This document shows, piece by piece, positions 10,769 through 22,987 of a stretch of 64,000 nt of DNA (position 1 is the first letter of the stretch; each line of letters begins with the position of its first letter). The notes below the pieces were generated by a model, which worked only from the letters and a program-made list of their open reading frames with translations, searched no databases and had not been told where the DNA came from. The stretch comes from Azolla caroliniana (lineage: Eukaryota; Plantae; Polypodiophyta): NCBI GenBank assembly GCA_043228905.1, contig JBHGNT010000001.1, positions 23,126,001 to 23,190,000 of the forward strand, in the 5' to 3' direction. Made by a program: the position numbers and the translations under genes.

Positions 10769-13700
10769 ATGAGCTAGATCGAACGAGCCGAAGGAAGGAA
10801 CCGGAGTGGATGGATCCGGAATGTATCTAGATGGATCTGGTGTGAACCAGATCCAGGGACATATTTGTAAATATGTTTCTAGTAAGCCTATCATGGCTAT
10901 ATTTGTAAATAGTCCTAAAGTCATATAAGTATAAATATGACTTAGGACAATCACTTTATGTATAATATGAGTAGAGATATTGTTGCATAGAGACAGAGAG
11001 AGAGAGAGCGCGAGATACAGAAAGCATTTTCTGTTGTAATCGTCGGTTGGCGATCATGGCTCTATCCAGATGGGAAATGAAGGTGCATGCCAAATTGTTG
11101 GCATAGGAGATGTGTGGTTGACAACATCAACTGAGTGCAGATTGTTGTCGAAGGATGTCTGACACATTCCAGAGGTTCGGTTGAACCTTATATGAGCTAG
11201 GCGGTTAGATGATGGAGGCTACACGGGTAACATCCAGAACAGAGTCATGAAATTTTGCAAAGGAAGCCTAATCGTGGCCCAAGCCCGGAAGATCAACACT
11301 TTGTACCTAATGCATGCCCGGATTTGCCGGGAAGAAGTGAACGTGACATCCGAAAATGCCAGTGAGTTGTGGCACAAAAGGTTGTGCCACATGACCTAGA
11401 AAGGGATGAGAAGACTTGAAGAAGATAGCCTCATTCCGGAGGTGAAAGATGTGCATCTTCGGAAGTGTGCACTAATTGCTTGGCCGGCAAGCAAAACCAA
11501 ATCTCTTTTCGGTCGAGACCACCGACGAGACAGAATGCACCACTGGAACTTGTGCATACCGATGTATGTCAAGTGGTGAAGTAGTCACATGCCGGATCGC
11601 AGTACTTCGTGAGGTTCATAGAAGACCGCAGCCGAAAGCAGTGGGTCTCACCGTTGAAGACAAAATACCAGGTACTATCTGTCTTCAAAGACTTCCACGC
11701 AAAAGGGAAACCGGCCAGAAGCTGAAGGCGATTCGAGAGAACAACGGAATACCAAGGGCAATTCGAGGAGTACTGCCAGCTCGAATTCACCGTGCCGAAG
11801 ACACCGGAACTGAATGGGCTGGCCGAAAGGATGACCAGGACCATAATGGAGAGAGTCTGGAGCATGCTAGCACATGCAAAGTTACCCAAGACGTTTTGGG
11901 TTGAGGCACTGATGAGAATGACCTATGTGATAAACAAATCACCCTCATCACCCTTGGAAGGAGACACACTGCAGAGAGTATGGACCGGTAAAGGCATGTC
12001 TTACCGGCATCTGAAGGTGTTCGGTTGTCTCGCTTATGTGCATGTCACAAAGGACAAGAGAGAAAAGTTGGATCCGAAGTACCGACCATGCATATTCCTT
12101 GGATACGGCGATGATGAGTTCGGCTACCGAGTGTGGGACTTGGTCGACAAGAAGGTTTTCCGGAGTCATGACATAGTCTTCATGGAAGACAAGAACATTG
12201 CCGACTAGGAGTTGGAGAAGAAGATAGCGAACTCCGGGTCCACCGATAGAGATCGGTTGGAAGATGCAAGGATCCATCCGACCGGAAGCCAGATGACACT
12301 CAATGAACCGGCCGGATTTGGACAAGAAACTGAACCAACAAAAGAAGAAGTAGTAGACACTAGAATCTGACAAGACCCCAAATCAGATTCAGGTGAAGAA
12401 CGTATGGAGGAACCGGTGAACGAAAACCAAGGACAGAGATATCCTCTTAGAGGGAGAAGAGCTTCCTAGAGATTTCCAGATGCAAATCATGTATTGTTGA
12501 CCGATGAGGGTGAGCCGGAAAGCTTCAAAGAAGCAAAGAAAGACACTCACAACCGCAAGTGGTTAAGTGCCATGCAGGATGAGATGGATTCCCTACATGA
12601 GAACCACATATATGAATTGACGGAGCTGCCGAAGGGAAAGAGAACGCTCCGGAATAGTGGGTGTACAAGTTGAAACCGGGAGACTCTGGAAATTCACCAA
12701 GGTATAAGGCCCGCATTGTAGTGAAGGGCTTCCAATAGAAGAAGGGTGTGGATTTCGACAAGATCTTTGCCTCGGTAGTCAAGATGACATCCATCCGGAC
12801 TATGTTGAGCATTGCGGGAAGCATGGATCTCGAGGTCCAGCAGCTAGACGTCAAGACGGCATTTCCTGCACGGTGACCTCGAAGAAGAGATCTACATGCA
12901 ACAATCGGAGGGATTTATCGAGAAAGGGAAGGAGCACCTGGTGTGCCAGTTGAAGAAGAGCTTATATAGACTGAAGCAAGCTCCCCAGCAATGGTACCAG
13001 AAGTTCGACTCTTTCATGACCGAACAAGGATACCACAAGACGCAAGCTGACCGTTGCGTGTTTGTGAAGAATTTCGAGGAGGCGACTTCCTAATACTCCT
13101 GTTGTATGTGGATGATATGTTGATCGTCGAACCGGACCAAATCAAAATTAGGATTTTGAGAAGGCCTTAAACCGAACCTTCTCAATGAAAGATCTGGATC
13201 CGGCGAGACAGATCCTAGGGAAGCACATAATCCGGGACCGGTCGAAGAAGCAGTTATGGTTGTCACAAGAGAAGTATGTAATGAAGGTGCTCCAACGGTT
13301 CAACATGACAGATGCAAAGTTGGTCGGGTCGACACTTCCAACAAACTGCAGGTTGTCCGAGAAGTAGAGCTCGAAGACAAAGGCAAAGAAGTTGAAGATG
13401 ATGAAGATACCATACGCCTCTGTCGTCGGAAGCTTGATGTACGCAATGGTGTGCACCCGCCGAACATCAGATATGCAGTTAGAGTGGTCAGCCGGTTCAT
13501 GAGCAATCCGGGAAGAGAACACTAGATCGTGGTCAAGTGGATACTCCAGTACTTGAAAGGCACCTCCAATATGTGCCTCTGATTCGGCTCCAGCAAACCC
13601 CAACTTGAAGGATTCATGAATTCAGATATGTCGGTTGATGCGGATACTAACCGGTCAACATCCGGATATGTCATGACATATGCAAGAGGAGCCATACCAA

Positions 13701-14656
13701 GGCAGTCGAGGCTACAGAAGTCCGTTGCACTATCGACAACAGAAGAGGTGTACATGGCAGCAGTAGAAGCTGGTAAAGGGGTAATCTGGATGAAGGACTT
13801 CATCAGAGAGCTAGGGATCAGGCAAGAGGAATTTCGGCTCTACTGCGACAGTCAAAGTGCCATCCACCTCGCGAAGAACGCGGCCTAACATTCCCGGACC
13901 AAGCACATCCAAAGAAGATATCACTGGCTCCGAGAGAAGGTAGAAGATAAAGAGTTCTTGTTGATAAAGATTCATACAGAGGAGAACGGATTGGACATGC
14001 TGACCAAGGTGTTTTCTGCTGACAAGCGGGACGTGTGTAGGAGACGGATCGGATTGACAAGACATCCCATGTCAGAGTGAAGGGGGAGCTTGTTGGGAAT
14101 TCAGTCCCTCCGGATGGGATCCAGATGAGATCCGGATGAGCCGGATCGGATGAGCCGAAGGAAGGAACCAGACCGGATAGATCCGAAAGGTATCCAGATG
14201 GATCCGGTGTGAACCGGATCCAAGGACATATCTATAAATATGTTTCTAGTAAGCTTGTCATGGCTATATTTGTAAATAGTCCTAAAGTCATATAAGTATA
14301 AATATGACTTAGGGCAACCACTTTATGTATAATGTGAGTAGAGATATTGTTGTATAGAGACTGAGAGAGTTTGAGAGAGAGACAGCGCGAGATACAGAAA
14401 GCATTTTCTATTGTAACCGCCAGTTGGCAAAGCCAAAGCTCAAGCTCGTTGCCTATGAGTCTGCTATTGTATCCCCCTTTCTCTTATAGTGAAAGTTGGA
14501 GTTTGTGGGCCCCCGTGGTTTTTCCCGATTAGGGTTTTCCACGTAAACATCTTGTGTCGTCTCTGTTGGTTGTGTAAGAGCATTTATGTCCATTTCTGTT
14601 TTGATCTTCCATTGAGTGTTCAACTCGGTTGTGGCCGAGCGTCTTTTCCGCACAAC
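10769..14656 (+). mobile_element. Ty1/Copia LTR retrotransposon (C1), decayed, with gag and PBS deleted
   Basis: Partial 5' LTR (about 10769-11050) matches the 3' LTR (14091-14656; TGTTGGG... after PPT GAAGGGGGAG). Integrase (TPELNGLAERM, HLKVFGCLAY), RT (QLDVKTAF, LLYVDDML) and RNaseH (RSTSGYV, YCDSQSAIHL, RTKHI) in Copia order. Confidence 0.93.
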
Positions 14657-14925
14657 TTTTCCCTAAACAAGTTCGAGAGACGAACTATCACACTTTGATA
14701 CAATGCTCTGCCTTTGATAATATTCAACCGTGCTTTTCACACATCTTCGACCAAGCCCAATCCTTGCACGAATTTACCTCACAACCACAATGTGCACTCT
14801 CGATTACAACATTCATTGGTAAGTTCTTGAATATCGAGAGTCGCTACTCACATTCACATGTATCACGTGAAATGTAATATGTTTGGTCTCATCGGTCATA
14901 TTTGACCTTTGAAGATGATAATAGA

Positions 14926-14961
<36 letters not shown>

Positions 14962-14965
14962 CTAT
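14657..14965 (+). mobile_element. 3' end of a LINE (family A) with (ATCT)n tail
   Basis: Similar to 28930-29215. C-terminal HTLIQC motif, 3' stem-loop GGTCA-tatt-TGACC, microsatellite tail at about 14926-14962. Confidence 0.7.
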
Positions 14966-15199
14966 GAACTTACCTCTTATTTAACACCATCTTTTTTTCT
15001 TTTTCTTTTTTAAAAATTTCCAAAAAAACACTACTTTGCACTAGTTAGCAAATAGAATACAACAAAGTTTACTCGAATCCACAATGGGATCAACATATAC
15101 AACTTGGAGGAACAACTCCAAAACTATCAAATAAAAATAGCAAAAACTCACCCGACCCTTAACTCCAACAAAACTGAAATAAACCCCATTCTTGTTAAA

Positions 15200-16800
15200 A
15201 GTTTGTATCTATTGTTTGTAGAATGAAGTAAAAATGGCATTGTTGGTAGTCATTGGAGACTATTTTGACTTCTTTTCATTAGAATACCATACAAACTCAA
15301 CTCCATCAAGCTCTTTGGAAAGAGAGGGAAGAGTGCACTAGTATGTATTTCGCTATCTTTATCAATATCTATATATGCTTATATTTTCTTGCCTTCGTTC
15401 TTCTCATGGTATATAGATCTATTTGTTTATAAAATTCTCAATCTTCCTAAACTTTTGGGAAAAGTTTGAATCTTTAAAGATATTCTCAATTTTGATGCAA
15501 CATGTTTAGATTTGTTTTCTGTCTCGGCAAAACATTGATTGGTCTTCACTCTTTGAAGTATGCTTCTATTCTCATATCTAGCGTAATTGAAATCTAGTAA
15601 ATGAGGTTTCCTAGTTTATTTATGGATCCCATTGGAATCTTCTAGAAGATGGATGTACACCTTATTGGTTTTGGTATTCCGATTGAAATCTCCTACATGG
15701 CGCAAATGTGTGTATGTTTTTTATATTGATCACACTTCGTTGTATGTATGAATGTGTAGTGGAAGTTTAGTGTGAAAGCATAGATTTAATTGTTTTTTAA
15801 AACCTTATATATGGCTTAGTTGTGAATGTGTACAATTAAATATGTATGTGTTATAGTTGTGTATACAATTTTCCTATGGGACATCTCTGTCCAAAGGTAA
15901 GGAATACGGCTTGTAAGTTTTATGTTTTGGATTGACCTAGTTTGTTCAATAGATTTAGTTAGGGTAGTTCGGCACTAGGGAATGAATTTTGTTTCATTAT
16001 ACCCTAGAGATAACCTTCTCATATGTGGATGTGTGTTAATTTTTCATCTATGCCATATAGAAGTGGAAGGTATTGTATGGTTTTCACATATTTGTGAAGT
16101 GATAATGACATTTAATGTGGTGATATCATTATTGTTACCAAGCAAAATTGGAGTTGCGAATGAGCTTGGTTGAAGACCCTAGGGGTAGGGATCCCCTTTT
16201 CTATTAGAAGCAATGTGTTGTGTTATTACTTGAGTTTTCTATATCTAGAATGCATCCATTTGAAACGTAGTCATATGAACAGAGTGGATCTTTTCACATG
16301 GCCCTTTCTTGAATACTCTTATTCACTAGAGTGTTGACAATTTTTCCATCCATTGGCAATTGCATTATTATAAATGGCCTCCATATTCATTGCAAGGATC
16401 TCAACAATTGCAGTTTCTTGACAACCGTTATTGTGAATGATGGTGTGTATTTATTTATCTTTAAATCTAGTAGAATTTAATGCATAGAGCATTTTATTGT
16501 TATTGAGGATGATGTCATGAATTTATTTATCTTTAAATCTACTAGAATTTAATGGATAAAGAATTATTTTGTACTATGAGAACTCGCTTGTTTGCCAAAT
16601 TCAAGATGATTTTTCCTTGAGAAATAAAATGTTGATGATCCATTGTGTTGAAGATGATTTTTTTGCTTGTGCAATGATATTTCTATTCTTGTTGTAGCAA
16701 GGTCGGAAACTCTTGGATCTTGTATAGAACTCTTGACTATATCCAAGAGATTTAGTCTCATTTCTAATTTTCCATTTAGAAGGATTCCAAGGCAAGTGTT
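15200..16800 (-). mobile_element. Highly degraded LINE-like fragment
   Basis: Minus-strand VGDFN-type endonuclease motif near 15680-15700; no long ORF. Boundaries are approximate. Confidence 0.3.
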
Positions 16801-17404
16801 TTGATCAATGTCTAAGAATTGTATAGCTTCTCGAGTGTCCAAATAGCTAGCAATCGTAGTTAGTAGTCATTGGTTTTATCAATCGCCGGTTTGCAAGGAA
16901 TTACAGTTAGTACTCATTAGTTCATCACGGATCATTAGTTTGAGAAATCACCAGTTTGAGTGATTGCTACTTTAGCAATCGTCGGTTTGTTGAGTTGTCA
17001 TTTGATCAATGTCTAAGAATTGTATAGCTTCTCGAGGGTCCAAATAGCTAGCAATCATAGTTAGTAGTCATTGGTTTTATCAATCGCCGGTTTGCAAGGA
17101 ATTACAGTTAGTACTCATTAGTTCATCACGGATCGTTAGTTTGAGAAATCACCAGTTTGAGTGATTGCTACTTTAGCAATCGTCGGTTTGTTGAGTTGTC
17201 ATTTGATCAATGTCTAAGAATTGTATAGCTTCTCAAGGGTCCAAATAACTAGCAATCGTAGTTAGTAGTCATTGGTTTTATCAATCGCCAGTTTGCAAGG
17301 AATTACAGTTAGTACTCATTAGTTCATCACGAATCGTTAGTTTGAGAAATCACCAGTTTGAGCGATTGCTACTTTAGCAATCATCGGTTTGTTGAGTTGT
17401 CATT
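16801..17404. repeat. Tandem repeat, 3 x 201 bp
   Basis: TTGATCAATGTCTAAGAATTGTATAGC starts at 16801, 17002 and 17203; copies are nearly identical. Confidence 0.95.
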
Positions 17405-18107
17405 TAACAATCATTGGTTGGCCTAGCACTCATTTTGTTCTTTGTTCAACAATCATCAATTCTCTAGTGAGCAGTTTCACATTAACTACCATGTGGTAAG
17501 GAAAAGGAATGGTTGGATTCCTATATGTTCGTAGTTCTATCTTGAATACGTTGATGCAACCACTCAAGATCAACCCACATACTTGGTCCCCAAAGAGGAT
17601 TCCAAATTGAGTCTATTGATCAATCTCGAAAAATTGACTACCTTCTTGAGTGTCCAATTTTACAAAATGCGACAAATGCCTTGGCCTTGGGCCACCCTTA
17701 CACTTGACCCCACCTAGATCTTTCCAAGCATCAACCTCGATCTCTTTCCCCCTCGCCCCAAAACCACTCATTAGGTTGAGACGGATGGTAAGTACCTATC
17801 ATCCACTTCATTTCCTTACATATAGTCTTCTCTATAAGAAACTCTCACACTTGAAATTTATAAGGACAAATAGGGAAGGAAATGTGGCAATCTATATCAA
17901 ACAAATAGAACCACTTAAAAAGTTGTGAATCCAATTTGGAGTACATACAAATTTCTTCACATCATAGCTCTCAAAAGTTTCACCTTAGAAAATAACTTAG
18001 AACTCAAGGACAAATATGTGTAGCAAACACCCACCCCCATTACACATGATATGACCACCATGCTTTGTTGGAGTCCAAATGACAATGAACTATTATATAA
18101 TAATCCC

Positions 18108-21100
18108 TTAATATGACTTAAAAAGAATAGTCGTGCTTGCAATTAAGGAGGTCACAGTGTAAGGATCCATGTTGCTTGCAGGGCGCCTATCTTCGAAATA
18201 ACCTAGGACAACATGACACCAATAATAGATTCATTTGTCATATTATTCTTCTGCCACATTAACGATACACAATAATATTAACCATGTGACTTGTGCACCT
18301 TTTCCTTCCTTCTCTGTCTCTCGACCAACGCGAACAGAAACCCCACGATTAGCCACACCCTAACAAAGGAGAATATAGACAAGAGAGCATATGTTAGCAT
18401 TATTGATACCTCTCTCAAAAAAGATCATAACAAAGAGAGAGACTTGAAGATGCCCAATAAGCTTCTCAAGGTTCATCAATCACCATAGGCAACAATAGAT
18501 GGTTTATTAATATTACTACTACCAGTACTACTATTTTAAGAAATTACAATACTATTGTTACTAGAAAGGTTTTCTACCAAAAATCACAAATAACATACCC
18601 ATGAAAAAGTGTGGATATCTGCCGTCTCATGATGTCCAGTAAGCCGCTTCTCATTGCCTTCACCATAGGCTTTAATGTGCTCTTTGTGCTTCAACCCAAG
18701 CTTCTCAATAGACTTTTTAATCACCTCAAATCCTCCATCACTTCTCATAGCCAAAGTGCTATATACAAAAAAACAAACCAAAATAATCATAATAATAACA
18801 AATTATTGTTCCCTCGCAGTTGTATTAATATGTTTTCAATTCATAGATGCATCCATCACCCACCTATAATTAGTGTGGCACCCGGCTCCGTTCCAATCTC
18901 CCTATAAATGATTATAACGATAAACGGAGAACCTTGCAACAATTATGTACATACATAACCACGATGATTTAGAAGCAAAGGTTAATACCTCAACAGGTTT
19001 TGGATCAAGCGATAGAATGACCCCCGCTACTTCTGTAATGCGCTGCACTTTTCACAACCATATTAATCAGTGGGTGGCCATAAAAAAAACTAACCAAAAA
19101 CTTTCACACAATCCTCTCTCTCTCTCTCTCTCTCTAGAATATATCATTTACCTCTAAAATATATCGAGCACACCAGAGTTGATCCCCAGCCGAAACACCT
19201 TCACAAGGCCCAACTTGAAACTCCCACTATGCACCAAAAAACCCGATCCGTAGAAAAGTCCAAAACAATGAGAGGCCGCAAAGAGCTTACAATGATGGTA
19301 CCTTGAAACTAATATTCTAGAGCATTTTATAAAGACATGATGTCACATTCCTTCATAGTATGATTAAATCAATTCTCATTGTGTGGACTAGAACCTAGCA
19401 TTATGTGCACAAATAGCTCTACAAGATTGTTGGCCAAAGAGGTGGTTTTTAAAGTGGGTAATGATGTCTCGAGATTTTGTGGACGGTTTAAGGTTTGAGT
19501 AACTTCAAACCAAGGTTTTAAGGTCTAGAATTCACGGTTGACAGTTTGCAGTTTCAGGCCTTAGGAACCTAGCAATCTAGGTCTCAGGTATTAGGTTTAA
19601 GGCGTAATGGTAAATTTAAGGTTCAGGTTTTAAGTAGACGTTCATAATGTTGAACCCCTCGAGAGATAAAGTGTGCAGACTCTTTCCTCATCGAAAATGT
19701 CCCAAAAAACATGGAACAACTTTGTTGTGCTACTAGAGTGAGCATACCTGGCCCGGCATGACCTCGCCATTGATTCCCGAGATTTGGATTCCTGCATAGA
19801 GGCATGCCTTGTAATGAGCATTCACGATGTCCCTTCCCCACGCCTTGTCCGCCCCCACTCCGCAATAGTAAGGTCCCTTGCCAAGCATCACGCGTAAAGA
19901 TGATTTATATTTCTTAAAAACATCCAAGATCCTCACTAATTGCAAAACATACAAGCCACAAAACATAGAAATTGCACCGGAGGAGAAACACATCGAAGAC
20001 TAGCTTACTTGTGGCGCAGGGAAACCACCAACCGGCCATCCAAGTGGCCATTTCACCTCCTTCTGTAGAAGCGTAAACTCTTGCTCAATTCCAAACCTAC
20101 ACAAAAGAGCATATTTTTGTTCAATTTAACCAGATCCCAATCTTTCTTTTCCCCTGTGACGACATTTTTAAGTGTGAAAAGGATCTTATTAAGATGGAAA
20201 AGCAATTTGGGTGTTTTCCTAGAGGATTTATATACTATACAATTGGCTTACCATGGCTTCTCCTCCTGAATTTCCTTCAGTGCAAAGACCTTTGCAGCAG
20301 GTGACCTTCTGTTAGTTGGGATGGGTTCCCCTTCCGAGTTATATACATCACAAATCACCTGCGGCAACACATTTCTCTAGTTTAAACCCAACCGAAGCAT
20401 ATAATTAAAATGATGCCACCACCCAAAAAAATTCTTTCAACTTACTAGAATATTATTGCCTCTGCGGAATGGATCTTTAAATATGGCTTGAGGGCTGGCA
20501 ATATTTCACATGGACTATGAAGTTAGTTTAAGAACATGAAATTACATTGATCGACATATCACCTTAGCCATTATAATTGTGTATCACATTAGAAGAGTAA
20601 TGTAATGAAGAAAGCAAATTGTATCTGAAAAGAGCCACTACATTCATGATCAAATCACAGGAGATATAAAAGGATTATTACATCGATCAAATCACATTAC
20701 ATATGAAAAGAGCCACTGCATTGATCAAATCACATTAGATATGAAGAGAGCTTACTACAAAATGACTTCGCTGTTTTCGCCTGGGGCTTGGCCTGTGCTT
20801 GATCCATCATAATTCCACTTCGGAATATCCTTTGGTGATTTTATGGGGGCTTTCAAAGTCTGGTGAAATTGCATCTAGTTAGGTAGGTGGAAATTCTTCC
20901 TTAGGAGAAGGAAAACGAAAAGAATAAAAGGACATAAATGAATACCCTCGCTTTACTCCGAATGTCAAGGCCAGAACCACCAACCCTACATAACAAATAT
21001 CTAAGAAAGTTGAGCCACTTAATATCGTATATAGGTACTAACTATCCCATGATCCTTGAAAACTCAAGAAGAGTAGATGCACCAAATAATATGTACTGAT

Positions 21101-22871
21101 ACTAACGAGTGTGTTTCTAAAAGTAGAAACCACAGGCACTACAAAACAAGCAATTCAGAATCATTGCAACAAAAAAACACACGGTGTTGGGAATCATAAC
21201 CGATCCCAGGAAAACAATAAAAACCTTACTATGAAATTAACCCACACACACATTCCGCCGAATATTTGTATCTATAATGTGAGCCATCACTCTCTTTTCC
21301 TTTCCCTTTACTTCCATGCATGTCTGTAAGTTGCGCATGTTTGTACCCAAACATGAACATATATGTTTATACATGCACATGTCATATATAAAAGTCTAGT
21401 GTGTCAGAAAGAGTTGAATCCTCAGTTTCGATAAACAACCACCTAAACATGAAATATGGGTATCCTTCTTGCCTTTCTTCAAGCTCTGACTAATTTTAAT
21501 CATAGCAAAACAATGGAGATGTAGAAAGAAACTCATTTATGATCTTCCCGATTCGTAACCTATTTATGAATATCAAGTGTCAAACCCAATAAAAAATCAT
21601 AATACCCTAGTGGTGCTCATTCCCAGATATCTACCTCCAAAAGCCATTTGGATTTGACTTGGTTATAGTGCTGCTCTATACGAGACCCAAAAGATAATTC
21701 TGTTTCATCAAGTGTCACAATTCCATGAAATTCATTATTAGCCATGTTCTGTTGTAAAACAATATCAGGCAAATTATAGTGGTTCTGAATTTCACAACCA
21801 AAACCCATCTAGGTTAACCCAATGAAACTATGTTCAACAAAAAGAAAAAGAAAAACTGTGCTAAACAAGTTTCAACAATTTATAAAGGTTCTGACTTTCA
21901 CAATCAAAACCTATCTAGATTAACCCAACGAAACTATATTCAACAAAAAGAAAAAATTTGTAACAATCCATGCAATTTTCATCAATTTAGGTAGCAGAGT
22001 CATGATCTGTTCTAAACAAATATCATGCGAAGACAAGGAGGTTCTGACCTTCACAACCAAAACCCAACTTTGCTGACCTAATGATAAGACGTTTTAAAAA
22101 ACAGAAAATGCTGAGCTTCATCAACTATCCATGCAAAATCATCAAATTTAGCTAGCCTAGACATGCTCTGTTCTACACCAATATCAAGCAAAAACGAGGA
22201 GGTTCTTACCTTGATATCAAAACAAATCCAGATTAACCTAACGATCCGGTGTACTATGAAAAACCCAAGAGATATTTGAACTTCTATCTCAATCCTTGGA
22301 AATTCATTAAATTTAGGTAACTTAGTCAAGCTCTGTTCTAAATAAGTAATAGACAACGAGAAGCCGATTTTGAATCACCTTTACAATTGGAAACCAATCT
22401 AGGTTGACCAATGATACTATGTTAAAGAGAAAAACTGAAAAAACGTGGAGCTTAAACAGGCGTCAAAATCCATGCAAAATCATCAACTCTAGTTTGCCTA
22501 ATGGGGCACCTATATTAATATGGGAAATTGGACTGAAGGTCAATAAGAAGCCGATGCATAGAAGGCAATACACTAAGAATAACCTAGTTATGTGATCTTA
22601 ATGATTAGATAAGCCTAACTTCCTGATTCTCTGTTCTATTATGCAAGAGAATACATAGCAAAACCAGGAGATCACGACCTAAACCACATTTAAATTAACC
22701 TAATCTTGAAATTCTCGTTCTACAGAAAACCTCAAGAGCTTGAACCAGCATCGAAACCCACGTTTTCAAACCAATTCATGCTTATGTTCCAAGAAAAACA
22801 GAGGGATACTGTTAGCATAGTATAGCCAGAAAATGAGAAATACAAATCTCTTGAAGGAAAAGTCTTTTTGC

Positions 22872-22904
<33 letters not shown>

Positions 22905-22987
22905 TTACTTACTAACCATATATATTCGGCAATGATATTTCCAGTTGACGTTATGTCCAGGTTGAGAAGATCTGAGAGAGAAGCCAT
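18108..22987 (-). CDS. GLN1: Cytosolic glutamine synthetase GS1, 13 exons, 356 aa
   Basis: Exons 22917-22987, 20946-20985, 20756-20859, 20446-20494, 20252-20358, 20009-20096, 19748-19876, 19152-19226, 18989-19042, 18864-18901, 18599-18758, 18299-18359, 18108-18202, all GT-AG, total 1071 nt. Motifs [62 protein letters not shown]. No transit peptide or GS2 C-terminal extension. Confidence 0.97.

Noticed and set aside
18108-22987. Unusual GS1 substitutions (GENSE, NEKR, TGHHET, NRGVS)
   Set aside because: They are conservative changes next to intact catalytic residues, with no sign of altered function from sequence alone.
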